A stretch of 64,000 bases of DNA from Patescibacteria group bacterium (GTDB lineage: Bacteria; Patescibacteriota; Minisyncoccia; Phycocordibacterales; SIBU01), in contig JAZJZC010000001.1 of the NCBI GenBank assembly GCA_040390045.1, forward strand, positions 108,005 through 172,004, read 5' to 3'. The translations under genes were made by a program, and so were the position numbers. Each line of letters begins with the position of its first letter. The stretch's first letter is position 1. Of the stretch, positions 20,053 to 30,501 are shown piece by piece. The notes under the pieces are model-generated. The model did no database searches, was not told the origin of the DNA, and saw only the letters and a list, made by a program, of their open reading frames with translations.

Positions 20053-21204
20053 ATGAAAAAAGATACTACTGCGAAAGTAAAGGACGGTTCAAGTGGAGCA
20101 GATATGATCGCGAAAGATCACGAGGAAAAAGTAGAAGAAGAAAGCTTGATGACACGTCTCATCAAGGAAACCGGCAATCCAGCCGCCGTTGGAGATTTGG
20201 TTGAGGGTACTGTTTTAAATATCGAAAAAGCTAAAGTGTTTGTTGACCTGTCGCCATTCGGCACGGGTATTATTTATGGACGGGAATACATCAACGCCCG
20301 AGATGTTATCAAAAAAGTAAGCATCGGGGACAAGATTGCCGCCAAGGTTGTCGATGTTGAAAATGAAGATGGTTATGTTGAACTCTCTCTTCGAGAAGCT
20401 CGACAGGCGATGATTTGGAGCGAGGCCGAAGCGGCTATTCGCGACAAGAAAACTTTAGAACTTTTGGTTAAGGAAGCTAACAAAGGAGGTTTGATTTTGG
20501 AATGGCAAGGCATTGCAGGATTCCTTCCTGCGTCACAATTGAAGCCTGAACATTACCCTCGCGTGGCTGAAGGCGATAAAGATAAGATTATCGAGGAACT
20601 CCGCAAGTTGGTTGGCGAACGAATTTCTGTCTGCGTTATTTCCGCCATTCCTAAAGAAGGTAAATTGATTTTCTCTGAGAAAAATCCTGAAACAAAAGAT
20701 AAAGAAAAGATTGTCGGTAAATATACTGTTGGCGATGAAGTCGGAGGTGAAATCACGGGCATCGTAGACTTCGGCATCTTCGTGAAAATCGAAGAAGGAC
20801 TTGAGGGCTTGGTGCACATTTCTGAAATCGACTGGGCACTTGTAGAAAACCCACGACTTTTGTACAAAGTCGGCCAGAAAGTAAACGTGAAAATAATTGA
20901 AATTAAGGAAGGAAAAATTTCACTTTCAATTAAAGCGTTGAAAGCAAACCCTTGGGTTGATGCCAGCAAGAAATACAAAAAAGATGATGTGGTCAAGGCG
21001 GTTATCATCAAATTCAACAAACACGGAGCCTTGGCTTCGATTGAAGAGGGTGTCGCCGGACTTGTTCACATTTCTGAATTTGGAACCGAAGAAAAATTGC
21101 GCGCCAATCTAGAACTCGGCAAAACCTACTCTTTCAAAATCACCTTCTTTGATGCGAAGGAGCAGAAGATGGCGCTGTCGTTTGCAGGTGAAAAGAAAGC
21201 CTAG
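20053..21204 (+). CDS. rpsA: 30S ribosomal protein S1 (four S1 domains)
   Basis: GFLPASQL, DFGIFVKI, EGLVHISEI. Confidence 0.9.
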   Translation: MKKDTTAKVKDGSSGADMIAKDHEEKVEEESLMTRLIKETGNPAAVGDLVEGTVLNIEKAKVFVDLSPFGTGIIYGREYINARDVIKKVSIGDKIAAKVVDVENEDGYVELSLREARQAMIWSEAEAAIRDKKTLELLVKEANKGGLILEWQGIAGFLPASQLKPEHYPRVAEGDKDKIIEELRKLVGERISVCVISAIPKEGKLIFSEKNPETKDKEKIVGKYTVGDEVGGEITGIVDFGIFVKIEEGLEGLVHISEIDWALVENPRLLYKVGQKVNVKIIEIKEGKISLSIKALKANPWVDASKKYKKDDVVKAVIIKFNKHGALASIEEGVAGLVHISEFGTEEKLRANLELGKTYSFKITFFDAKEQKMALSFAGEKKA

Positions 21205-21232
21205 AGCTGAAAAAAAATTTTTTGATTAAACT

Positions 21233-21269
21233 GAAAACTCCGCCGCGACTACGTCGCGGCGGAGTTTTC
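21233..21269 (+). terminator. intrinsic terminator (CCGCCGCG family)
   Basis: GAAAACTCCGCCGCGAC TAC GTCGCGGCGGAGTTTTC. Confidence 0.8.
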
Positions 21270-21312
21270 TCTACTTATTTGCTTTTAATTTCGTTCTAGT
21301 TATTGTCATTAA

Positions 21313-21344
21313 AATATTTTGTACGATATATCGTACAAAATATT
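21313..21344. promoter_or_regulatory. perfect 32-bp palindrome with core TTTGTACGATATATCGTACAAA upstream of the TrpR-like gene
   Basis: Identical 22-bp core also at 21789-21810, 21871-21892 and 22600-22621. Confidence 0.8.
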
Positions 21345-21363
21345 GTTGTGATACAATAACAAC

Positions 21364-21765
21364 ATGCCACATGTATCCAAACACCTTGTAGCTGAAAAGG
21401 TACTCCGCGAACTAGAGGAGCACATTATCGCTGTCTTGAGTGACACAGGTTTGAAAGCCAGAAACAAAATCTTCAAAGAAATACTAACAAAGACAGAGAG
21501 ACTGATGGTTGCGAAACGTCTGGCAATGATTTACTTGATACAGAAAGGGAGGGCGACGCACGAGATCAGCGAGATGTTGAAGGTTAGTCCTTCAACTGTA
21601 GCTCGTTTTGAGAACCAACTTGAGCAAAAGTGTTTCATACACACCGCTTCGTGGGTAAAAAATCACGTTGCCATGAATCGCGTTTTTAAACTTATTTTTA
21701 ACTTAGCTGCCGTTCCGTTTGAAGCCCAGAAAAAATCTCTCGGCCAAATGCTTGATGAAAACTAA
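21364..21765 (+). CDS. TrpR/YerC-YecD-like HTH regulator
   Basis: LTKTERLMVAKRLAMIYLI..G.ATHEISEMLKVSPSTVAR. Confidence 0.8.
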   Translation: MPHVSKHLVAEKVLRELEEHIIAVLSDTGLKARNKIFKEILTKTERLMVAKRLAMIYLIQKGRATHEISEMLKVSPSTVARFENQLEQKCFIHTASWVKNHVAMNRVFKLIFNLAAVPFEAQKKSLGQMLDEN

Positions 21766-21788
21766 TTATTGAACATGTCGGTTCACTA

Positions 21789-21892
21789 TTTGTACGATAT
21801 ATCGTACAAAATCAATTTGACACCTTGAATTGTTCACGAAAGAAGAGACAAAAAAAACGGCTCTGCCCAATTTGTACGATATATCGTACAAA
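21789..21892. repeat. two copies of TTTGTACGATATATCGTACAAA (21789-21810 and 21871-21892)
   Basis: Read directly. Confidence 0.9.
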
Positions 21893-21902
21893 GTAGAGAT
21901 TT

Positions 21903-22532
21903 TTATAGAATAATTTCGTCACCTTTTCCGATCAATTCCACCTTCCCATCTCGCATCAAAATCCCTTGCTCATCGGTAAGAATTTTTACCGGAAGTGGGG
22001 TTTGAGAAATTTTTTCCTTCAAAATCTGATCATACTCTGGTTTGTAATGAACCGTCATAAGAAATGGAACCAAACTCATGGCGGTCAAATCGGTAAGATT
22101 GTAATGACTGTATTTATCCTGATGTTTCCAAAGCGCCATTTCTATTGTTGGACAGGCAACATAACTGCCGGCACTTGCTCCCATGTAAATTAAACCTTTC
22201 GGCAACAACTCTTTTATAATTTTTTCAAAACCACTCTGCCTAATTGACTTCATGAGTAAAAACGTATTACCACCTTCAACGTACACTAATTCAGTTTTTT
22301 CTAAAACTTTTTTTAAATCATCCCCTGTCGTGTGATCCAAATCTATTTCCGTGCAATCATAGTTGTGTTCTTTGAAAAACTTTCGATTCCTTTCAAAGTA
22401 GGCTGTATCAGAAACTCCTTTCGAAGCAGTTGTAATGTGAACCATCTTGAAAGTATTGAAAGGCCGCCCCAAAACTTCAGGAGGGTTGTTCATCAAAAAC
22501 CGAGCGGTGGAAAGCAATAAAATTGTACTCAT
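21903..22532 (-). CDS. peptidase E (S51) family protein
   Basis: YVEGGNTF, YMGASAG nucleophile elbow, VHY. Confidence 0.85.
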   Translation of the reverse strand: MSTILLLSTARFLMNNPPEVLGRPFNTFKMVHITTASKGVSDTAYFERNRKFFKEHNYDCTEIDLDHTTGDDLKKVLEKTELVYVEGGNTFLLMKSIRQSGFEKIIKELLPKGLIYMGASAGSYVACPTIEMALWKHQDKYSHYNLTDLTAMSLVPFLMTVHYKPEYDQILKEKISQTPLPVKILTDEQGILMRDGKVELIGKGDEIIL

Positions 22533-22596
22533 GTTTTTAAATTCTAGCTGGCTGTTTCATTACTCAAGAAAGAAGACGTACCAAAACAACCCTAGC

Positions 22597-22624
22597 CAAT
22601 TTGTACGATATATCGTACAAATTG
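22597..22624. promoter_or_regulatory. fourth copy of the GTACGATATATCGTAC palindrome, between the peptidase genes
   Basis: CAATTTGTACGATATATCGTACAAATTG. Confidence 0.8.
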
Positions 22625-22631
22625 CAAATAC

Positions 22632-23297
22632 TTATAATTTACTTTGATTGAAAATAAGATACTTCCCTTCACTAACAACCTCAACTTCCTCATCAACAAC
22701 TTTAAGTGCGGACTCATCGTCAAGAGCATATATTGGTTCTTTAATTTTTTCTGCAACCTTAGTGAGATTTTCTTTTGTATTCTTTGGTGAATCTGGAGAA
22801 TGTAAATGAGGGTAAAAATAAAAAGGAACCAAACCAAGTGCGTCATTGTCATCATACCCAGTAAGTTCTTTATAGACCGAACGTTTGTTACTCATCAGAA
22901 GTGTTGGTGCAGTAACAATACTGCCGGCGCTTATCCCAGCATATACCTTAGTTTTTAAGAGTTCAGGCAAAAGCTCCTTCAGGCCAGATTTTTTCATCCA
23001 ATACATCAAGTGAGCTGAAGTTCCTCCTGAGAAAAACAAAACATTAGCCTTCTCAAGTTTTGGTAACCAAATATCTTGAGGTAATGCAGAAATATCTACA
23101 ATATCAATAAATTTGAGACCAAGATTTTTGAGATTGGATAAATCATCTATAAACCAACTTTTGTCGCCCCTACTGACGTTCATTGCAGTAGGAATAAAAG
23201 CGAGGTGAATCTCACTCGCTGGCTTTCCGACTAAATCAATAAAGGCCTCGGCAATCGACTTGTTGCTAATACCGTTTGAAGTAAGAAATAATTTCAT
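22632..23297 (-). CDS. peptidase E (S51) family protein
   Basis: MKLFLTSNG, FIPTA, FFSGG, YAGISAGS, PHL. Confidence 0.85.
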   Translation of the reverse strand: MKLFLTSNGISNKSIAEAFIDLVGKPASEIHLAFIPTAMNVSRGDKSWFIDDLSNLKNLGLKFIDIVDISALPQDIWLPKLEKANVLFFSGGTSAHLMYWMKKSGLKELLPELLKTKVYAGISAGSIVTAPTLLMSNKRSVYKELTGYDDNDALGLVPFYFYPHLHSPDSPKNTKENLTKVAEKIKEPIYALDDESALKVVDEEVEVVSEGKYLIFNQSKL

Positions 23298-23331
23298 GTT
23301 TTATTAAAAGCTCACAGCTCTCAGCTTAAAG

Positions 23332-23961
23332 CTATAAGCCACTTTGTTGACTCATCGCCATTTCGCGACCGTCGACAACAAGCGTATGCAATGATTCGTT
23401 TAGGGTTTTTGAAAGTTTTTTTAGAGTGGCAAGCTGATCAGGAGAAAATTTTCCGAGAATGTGTTTATCGACGGCTTCTTCACCCTTTGGTTTCTTGAGG
23501 TCGCCTTTGGGAGTGACCGGAGAAATACCGACCCGAACGCGGACAAAACTTTCAGTTTTAATTGCTTTCATAATTGACTCAACTCCCCTGTGGCCCCCAG
23601 AACTTTTGTTGAAAGAAATTTTCACTTTTCCAAACGGAATATCTAAGTCATCATGAATGACTGCCAAGTTGACCGCTTCAACCATTTTTTGTTTTCCCTT
23701 GCCGGTGGTTTTAAATTTTAAATCCTTGCACTTCTTCACCGCGTCACCTGACTTGTTCATGAAGGTTTCAGGTTCGATGAGCATGACAGCTGATGTACCG
23801 ACTTTGCCAGAAGAAATCAAAGCTTTGGTTTTAAAATCAGTTTCCCAATCGGACAAATTTTCAGCCACGCGAAAAGCCTCGAGAAAAATTCTTCCAGTGT
23901 TGTGACGGGTATTTTCGTATTCTGCACCGGGATTTCCGAGGCCGACAATGATGTAAGACAT
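23332..23961 (-). CDS. pth: peptidyl-tRNA hydrolase
   Basis: IVGLGNPG..Y.NTRHN, FMNKSG, HDDLD, GGHRG. Confidence 0.95.
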   Translation of the reverse strand: MSYIIVGLGNPGAEYENTRHNTGRIFLEAFRVAENLSDWETDFKTKALISSGKVGTSAVMLIEPETFMNKSGDAVKKCKDLKFKTTGKGKQKMVEAVNLAVIHDDLDIPFGKVKISFNKSSGGHRGVESIMKAIKTESFVRVRVGISPVTPKGDLKKPKGEEAVDKHILGKFSPDQLATLKKLSKTLNESLHTLVVDGREMAMSQQSGL

Positions 23962-24092
23962 GGAAACAAGTATAGAGTATGGGGTATAAAGTATCAAGCG
24001 GGAAGACAGATCACGGAACACGGACCACAGAACATTAAAGCCGGCGCACTTCGCGCGCCGGCCTCTGTTCCCTCTTTTTTATGTTCCATGTT

Positions 24093-25802
24093 CTATGTTT
24101 CGTGTTCTGTGAGATATTCGGGCGTATTCCCCGCCATCCATTCAAAAAGTTGTCGCATCACATACAAAGCCCCAATCGTATTTTCGTATGGACCTTTTTC
24201 CATAATGGCAGCAAAAGCATATCGAGGGTGATCGTATGGGAAAAAACCCACAACCCATGAATTCACCAATTTTTTAGTTGTTCCAAGTTCAGCGGTTCCA
24301 GTTTTTGCGGCAAGCTCGACTTGTGAAATGTTCAAACCTTTTGAGGTTCCGACAAGTACTGATTGTCGCATGCCCTCCCGAACCACTTGCATTTGATCTT
24401 CAGTAAATGGTAACACTTCGGCAGCCTTATCTGCTTCAACCTTGCTTGTTTGCAACAAAGTTGGACTTAAAAGTTTTCCTCCGTTGACCAAACTGGCAAC
24501 TGCCCGAACCACTTGCGTCGGTGTCACCTGAAAACCATACTGACCAATCGCGGTGTGATACGTGTCTCCAATTCTCCAATCTTCTCCATTAAAATTTTCC
24601 TTTTTCCATTCCGGACTAGGAATCGTTCCATTTTTTTCCAAAAGCGGATTCCCGGGCAAGGTTTCTCCGAAACCAAAAAGTCGCATGTATTTTTCAATTT
24701 TGGCGATACCGAGACCAATCTGATTTTCAAATCCCCCGCCGATTTCGTAAAAATAAACGTCAGACGAAACCGCCAAGGCATCTCTCATGGCAACATACCC
24801 TTGCGGCCGCCAATCGTTAAACACACTTTTTTTAGTTGGATCAAATGGATTGGGAATAGAAATTGAACCGGTACTTAAAATAGTTTTGTTGGGATCAATA
24901 ATATTTTCTTTCAGCGCCGCGAGCGCCACAAACGGCTTGACGATCGAGCCTGGCGTGTACAAACCGTCAGTCACCCGATTAAGAAAAGGCATATTCTTAC
25001 TTTTGAAAAAATCGTTTATCTCTTTGGTGTTTGTGCGATCAGACATCACATTAGAATCATATTCAGGATAACTTACAGACGTTAAAATTTCGCCAGTGGT
25101 AACATCCATAATCACTCCCGCTCCACCTTGAAAGCCGATGCTATCCGCCGAGGCTTTCATAAGATCGTATAGTTTCTCACCGATTCTCACATCAATTGAA
25201 AGGTTGAGCGTCTGACCGTTTTCTGGAGGTTCGATCACGCTTTCAGTTTCAATTTTTCCCAGCGCGTTGGTTTCAATAATTTTCAGTCCCGGTTTTCCAG
25301 AAATTTGGCTTTCGTACATTTTCTCAACACCATCCATTCCTTCATAATGACCTTGGTAATAAAAACCGTTGGCATCTTTAGATGGATAGCGAATGTACCC
25401 TAGAATATGAGCGAGACCGTCAATCGAAGCGTATTTTCTTTGGGAATATTCGTTGGTTGTACTGGCTGAGACATTTGAGATTAAAGAAACCTTATTGCGG
25501 TCGTACACCACGCCACGTTCAGGGAAAATGGTAGTTTGACGCAAACTATTTTGTTCACTTTTCAATGCGTACTGTTTGCCCTGGGCCACTTGCAACATAG
25601 AAATTTTTCCGGAAAAAACCAAAAAAATAATCAAAAAAAGTATTCCCGCGCCAATAATGGTCTTTTTTGAAATTGGTTTTTCCAGGCGCCCTTCAAATTG
25701 ACTCCGATCGAAATCGGGCAAATTTTTGGCATCAAGCAAAACCTCATCAGGATCGATTTCCCTATTCCAATTTTTTTGATGAAGGTTTTTTTTAAATACC
25801 AT
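24093..25802 (-). CDS. mrdA: penicillin-binding protein 2
   Basis: PGSIVKP (SxxK), SSDVYFY, KTGTAE; follows mreC. Confidence 0.9.
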   Translation of the reverse strand: MVFKKNLHQKNWNREIDPDEVLLDAKNLPDFDRSQFEGRLEKPISKKTIIGAGILFLIIFLVFSGKISMLQVAQGKQYALKSEQNSLRQTTIFPERGVVYDRNKVSLISNVSASTTNEYSQRKYASIDGLAHILGYIRYPSKDANGFYYQGHYEGMDGVEKMYESQISGKPGLKIIETNALGKIETESVIEPPENGQTLNLSIDVRIGEKLYDLMKASADSIGFQGGAGVIMDVTTGEILTSVSYPEYDSNVMSDRTNTKEINDFFKSKNMPFLNRVTDGLYTPGSIVKPFVALAALKENIIDPNKTILSTGSISIPNPFDPTKKSVFNDWRPQGYVAMRDALAVSSDVYFYEIGGGFENQIGLGIAKIEKYMRLFGFGETLPGNPLLEKNGTIPSPEWKKENFNGEDWRIGDTYHTAIGQYGFQVTPTQVVRAVASLVNGGKLLSPTLLQTSKVEADKAAEVLPFTEDQMQVVREGMRQSVLVGTSKGLNISQVELAAKTGTAELGTTKKLVNSWVVGFFPYDHPRYAFAAIMEKGPYENTIGALYVMRQLFEWMAGNTPEYLTEHET

Positions 25803-26055
25803 AAAATTTTAGATGTCTGCGCAAAAAAGCTTTGAGAATAAAAATAGCTGACATAGAAACCGAATAGAGCACAGGGGTGGGAAGAAACCGAGTGGGGACG
25901 CCGTAGAGCACATCAACAATGACTCCTAATATAATACATTCGTAAAAATTATCAAAAATAAACAAACAGATAATCGCTACCAAAAAAACCAGCCAGACGG
26001 GCAGTGCAAAAACGGCGGCCAAAAGAATGATGTCCATTAGAATTCTTAGTACCAT
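25792..26055 (-). CDS. small membrane protein at the mreD position
   Basis: Three TM segments between mreC and pbp2. Confidence 0.55.
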   Translation of the reverse strand: MVLRILMDIILLAAVFALPVWLVFLVAIICLFIFDNFYECIILGVIVDVLYGVPTRFLPTPVLYSVSMSAIFILKAFLRRHLKFYGI

Positions 26056-26059
26056 AGAA

Positions 26060-26857
26060 TTATTCTTCGGAGGAAAGTATCAAAACCTGATCAACGATGT
26101 TCAAGTTGACCGGTAAGGTAAAAAGGATAGATTGAAAGGCGCTCGTTTCTGTCTGCTCAACATCTCCAACAACGCCGTAAAATTTCGGGTAGAGGCCCGT
26201 GGATTTTATCACGTCTCCCGGCTTAACCAGAATTTCTTTTGGGAGTTTAATAGAAAAATTTCCGGCTCCTCTGCCGAGCGCTTCGGTATCAACACCACTT
26301 GTACCGACCCTCACTAACACTGACTCACCGAAGGACGAAAACAAAGAAATTTTTGCATAGCGATTAAACACCTCTTCCACTGTACCAATAGCAAAGTCTT
26401 GAACTAAAACCAAATCGCCTTTTTTCACGCCATCATTTTTTCCCGCGTCAACCACAAAAGAATCATACGCAGTATGGCCGGGACGACTAAGAACGGAGGC
26501 TAAAACTGATTTCTCGCCGTTGGTCCTCCCGAGCAAAGTCTTGAGCGTGTCATTTTCTCTTTTGTAATCATCGAGGGTCGTAAGCGCCACGTTTGCAATA
26601 CTGAGCTTTAAAAGAAGCGCGGCATTTTCAGATTCCAGTTTCGCCTTATCATCAAACATAGACCACACAGCGGCAAAACTACCTTTGACAAATTCACTTG
26701 AATTCCAAACAGGCGTTGCAACCCCGTACAACGTTTGTGTCAAAAAGTTCGGAAGGAAAAAATAAAAAATTCCGGCCAGTCCAAGAACTAAAACCACGCC
26801 AACAATAGACTTCCAAGCGCTACTATTTCTGTGGTTATTTTTTTGGAGGTAATTCAT
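26060..26857 (-). CDS. mreC: rod shape-determining protein MreC
   Basis: TM, coiled coil ENxxLK.LLG, VVDAGKNDGVKKGD. Confidence 0.9.
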   Translation of the reverse strand: MNYLQKNNHRNSSAWKSIVGVVLVLGLAGIFYFFLPNFLTQTLYGVATPVWNSSEFVKGSFAAVWSMFDDKAKLESENAALLLKLSIANVALTTLDDYKRENDTLKTLLGRTNGEKSVLASVLSRPGHTAYDSFVVDAGKNDGVKKGDLVLVQDFAIGTVEEVFNRYAKISLFSSFGESVLVRVGTSGVDTEALGRGAGNFSIKLPKEILVKPGDVIKSTGLYPKFYGVVGDVEQTETSAFQSILFTLPVNLNIVDQVLILSSEE

Positions 26858-27899
26858 CTTCATTCTGAAGCAACACTTCACTATACCGATCGAGATCTTC
26901 GAGAATAATTCCAGCGCCACGAGCAACGGCAGTCAAAGGGTCTTCGGCGATGTGTACGGGAATTTTTAAAGAATCGACCAACAGTTCATCAAAACCTTTG
27001 AGGAGCGCTCCACCTCCGACAAGATAGGCGCCGCGATGCATGATGTCTGCCACAATTTCAGGCGGCGTGGTTTCAAGAACTTCTTTAACGGACTCAACGA
27101 GATTATCGACCGATTGCGCAATCGCCTCACGAACATCAGAATCGGTCACAATCACTTCGCGTGGCAATCCGGTAATCAAATCGCGCCCTCGGATTGAAGC
27201 TTCCATTGGAGAGCCGCTGGGCAAGACAGAACCAATGGCAATTTTAATACTCTCAGCGGTTTTCTCCCCAATTAAAATTTTAAATTCGCCTCGAATATAG
27301 GAAATAATATCTTCATTCAATCGATCGCCGGCAATTTTCAAACTTTTTGAACGCACAATTCCTCCGAGAGAAATAACGGCAATGTCTGACGTACCTCCAC
27401 CGATATCAATAATCATATTTCCAACCGGTTCCTGCACGGGAAGACGAATACCGATGGCGGCGGCCATCGGTTCTTCTACGATATGGACTTCGCGCGCGCC
27501 GTTATTTTTGGTAGCGTCGCGTACCGCTCGGGTTTCCACATTTGTAATTCCTGAAGGAACTCCAACAACCACTCGCGGTCCCAAAAGTTTTCTAGAATTA
27601 GCTTCAGCTTTTTTTATCAAGTACGAAATCATTTCTTCAGTCACTTCAAAATCTGAAATTACACCGCCAACAAGCGGTTTGACCGCACTAATGTGCGGCG
27701 GCGTGCGTCCCAACATCGATTTAGCGTGAATACCAACGGCCACCACTTGACCAGTTTTATTATTAACGGCAACAACAGAAGGTTCGTTGATAATAATTCC
27801 CTGTCCGCGCATGTAGACCAGTGTATTAGCCGTACCGAGATCAATCCCGATGTCATTCGACAAAAAAGTATACATTTTTTCTAGGTGTTTGTTTCTCAT
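26835..27899 (-). CDS. mreB: rod shape-determining protein MreB
   Basis: IGIDLGTANT, EPSVVA, DIGGGT. Confidence 0.95.
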   Translation of the reverse strand: MRNKHLEKMYTFLSNDIGIDLGTANTLVYMRGQGIIINEPSVVAVNNKTGQVVAVGIHAKSMLGRTPPHISAVKPLVGGVISDFEVTEEMISYLIKKAEANSRKLLGPRVVVGVPSGITNVETRAVRDATKNNGAREVHIVEEPMAAAIGIRLPVQEPVGNMIIDIGGGTSDIAVISLGGIVRSKSLKIAGDRLNEDIISYIRGEFKILIGEKTAESIKIAIGSVLPSGSPMEASIRGRDLITGLPREVIVTDSDVREAIAQSVDNLVESVKEVLETTPPEIVADIMHRGAYLVGGGALLKGFDELLVDSLKIPVHIAEDPLTAVARGAGIILEDLDRYSEVLLQNEDELPPKK

Positions 27900-27907
27900 G
27901 TGGCTTC

Positions 27908-29149
27908 TTAGATCATCTTGAGCACTTCAGCTTCACTCAACATTTTTGATTGGCTTTCGGTTCTGCCTTTAACTTCAATCACGCCCGCCTTGACTGTTTT
28001 ATCGCTGACCACAAGCCGCCATGGTAGACCCAACAAATCCGAATCAGCAAATTTTTCTCCGGCGCGAAGATCTCGATCGTCATACAAAACCTCAACTCCC
28101 ATCTTATTTAATTTCTCGTACAACTCGTCTGCGTATTTTTTAGCGTCACCTTCCATAGAAAGTGAGATGAGGTGAACTTTAAACGGCGCAACTGATTCTG
28201 GCCAGACAATGCCTTTTTCATCGGCGAGAACTTCCACAATCGTACCCATGAGTCTCCCGAGCCCGATACCGTAGCAACCCATAATAACGGTTTTCTTTTC
28301 ACTTTTTTCGTCCATGAAATGGAGCTCAAGTGGTTCAGAAAAATTAACTCCGAGATTAAAAATATTTCCAACCTCAACGGCTTTTTTCTTCACTAAATCT
28401 TTATTGCCACAATTAGGACAAGCGGATACTTCCTTGAAAATTTCATCGTTAATAGCCATTTTACATTTCTCGCAAATATAAATGACATCTTCTCCTGCGT
28501 CAGTCACCGTCTGAAATTCATCTGAGTATTTTGAAAAACTTCCACCACTTGAAGACGTGATGTACGTCTGTGAACCAATTCCAACTGCATCGTAAATATT
28601 TTTGTACGCAGTTTTTGCTCCCTCATAAAAAGCTGAGTGTTCCTCCTGAGTTCTCGAAAAAGAATACATATCTTTCATCAAAAATTCTCGGCCGCGAATG
28701 ATGCCACTTTTGGCTCGCGCTTCATTTCTAAATTTCGTTTGGATTTGGTAAATATACAACGGCAAATCTCTCCACGAACGAACATAATCTTTCAAAAGAT
28801 TGGTGAGCTCGGCTTCGTGACTGTATCCAAGCCCGACCTCGTTGTCATTTTTTAATTTAGTTTTAAACCAATTGTCGACAACCGCGTCACTCCATTTGCC
28901 AGCTTTCTCCCAAAGATTTTTGTCTTGAAGAACCGTGAGCATCACTTCCTGTCCGCCAACCGCATTCATTTCCCTGCGAATAATGTTGCCAATTTTGTTT
29001 ATAACTCTAAGGCCGAGCGGCAGATATGAATAAACTCCAGCCATTTCTTTGTGAATAAATCCTGCGCGAATGAGCAGTTCGGCATTTTTTGCCACTTCAT
29101 CTTTTGGAGCCTCTTTGCGAGTTTTTGTAAAAAGTTTTGATTGGCGCAT
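27908..29149 (-). CDS. proS: proline--tRNA ligase (short form lacking the editing domain)
   Basis: QTKFRNEAR, REFLMKDMYSF, EVGNIF, MGCYGIG. Confidence 0.93.
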   Translation of the reverse strand: MRQSKLFTKTRKEAPKDEVAKNAELLIRAGFIHKEMAGVYSYLPLGLRVINKIGNIIRREMNAVGGQEVMLTVLQDKNLWEKAGKWSDAVVDNWFKTKLKNDNEVGLGYSHEAELTNLLKDYVRSWRDLPLYIYQIQTKFRNEARAKSGIIRGREFLMKDMYSFSRTQEEHSAFYEGAKTAYKNIYDAVGIGSQTYITSSSGGSFSKYSDEFQTVTDAGEDVIYICEKCKMAINDEIFKEVSACPNCGNKDLVKKKAVEVGNIFNLGVNFSEPLELHFMDEKSEKKTVIMGCYGIGLGRLMGTIVEVLADEKGIVWPESVAPFKVHLISLSMEGDAKKYADELYEKLNKMGVEVLYDDRDLRAGEKFADSDLLGLPWRLVVSDKTVKAGVIEVKGRTESQSKMLSEAEVLKMI

Positions 29150-29306
29150 AAAATAAAATAGGTGGATAGAAATTAAAATCCGTGGCTTTAATACTACAGC
29201 AAAGCCCGAAAAAACGCGATAGTTGACTATCGCAATTCTTTATTGTAACTGACGAGGACAAACTCTATTATCGTAGACTTAGAGAAAAGGGCCAAACAGG
29301 CAAGTT

Positions 29307-30407
29307 CTAAAAGAGCTTAACGATATCGTGATAGGTAATAAATAGCATCAGTAAAATAAGCAACCCGAATCCTGCCGTGTTTAATCCTTGAATCAATTTC
29401 GGTTTGAGCGGCGAGCCTTTAATAGCTTCAATGAGGACCACAAAAATTCTACCGCCATCGAGCGCCGGCAGTGGTAAAAGATTAATAACAGCCAAATTTA
29501 TTGAAAGAAGCGCGGTGAAAAAAATCAAATACGAGAAACCAAGATTTTTCGCGTCGCCAACCAACGAGACCATACCGATGGGACCCGAGACCGTAGACAA
29601 ATCAGCTCGTCCAAAAATCGCATCTTTGAAAAAATCAAAAATTCCCAGCGCCACATTTACAAACAAACGCTCAGTCATAATTCCTGCTTGCCAAAAAGCT
29701 TTAAAAATTGGCAACTTGATGTAGCCGATCATGTCCATGCCGATTCCGATAGCTACCGCGTCCCCAACGATTCCTTTTTTCGCTTCAATCTGCAGTTGAG
29801 AAATTTTTGACCCGCGCTGTATAGACATCTCAATTGGACCCTTGCTTTTCATAATAAAATCGTGAACCGTGTCTGGATTTAATTTTTCCGTCATTTGAGC
29901 CGTTGTGGTTTTTAATGAAAGAATCGCGTCTCCCGCTTTCAACCCTGACAATTCTGCTGGTGAATTTGGCAAAATGGAAGTGACAGTTAATTGTACATTA
30001 GTCAGTTGTGAAGCATTGGTCGTGTCGAGGGCTGTCGGCAAACCGAACATAAAACCTAGAGAAATAATAAGCCACGCAAAAATAACATTAAACAAAACGC
30101 CGCCAGAGAGCACAGCCGCTTGAACGAAACTACTTTTATGCGCCAAACTTCGACTTTTATTTTCAACCACTCCATTGGGGCTTTCTAAACTTTCAGCGTT
30201 CTCACCGAAAATTCTCACAAACCCGCCGAACGGTAAGAGGTTCAGCGAGTAGATAGTCTCACCAATTTTTTTACTAAAAAGTGTGGGAGGAAATCCCAAA
30301 CCAAATTCATCTACTCTCACTCCATTTTTTTTGGCAATCAAAAAATGGCCAAGTTCGTGAACGAGGACGAGCAACGCTAAAATTATTAGAAAAATTATTA
30401 TGTTCAT
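29307..30407 (-). CDS. rseP: site-2 protease RseP (M50)
   Basis: HELGH, PDZ domain, NLLPLPALDGG. Confidence 0.93.
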   Translation of the reverse strand: MNIIIFLIILALLVLVHELGHFLIAKKNGVRVDEFGLGFPPTLFSKKIGETIYSLNLLPFGGFVRIFGENAESLESPNGVVENKSRSLAHKSSFVQAAVLSGGVLFNVIFAWLIISLGFMFGLPTALDTTNASQLTNVQLTVTSILPNSPAELSGLKAGDAILSLKTTTAQMTEKLNPDTVHDFIMKSKGPIEMSIQRGSKISQLQIEAKKGIVGDAVAIGIGMDMIGYIKLPIFKAFWQAGIMTERLFVNVALGIFDFFKDAIFGRADLSTVSGPIGMVSLVGDAKNLGFSYLIFFTALLSINLAVINLLPLPALDGGRIFVVLIEAIKGSPLKPKLIQGLNTAGFGLLILLMLFITYHDIVKLF

Positions 30408-30501
30408 TTTTAAAAAGGGTTTAGGGTAGAGGGCACAGGGTTTAATCAAAAAAGATTTCTTGTATTTCAAAAACTACACCCTTAACCCTAACCCCTATAC
30501 C

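Noticed and set aside
21313-22624. CRISPR array from the four identical palindromes
   Set aside because: Spacing is irregular and whole genes lie between copies.
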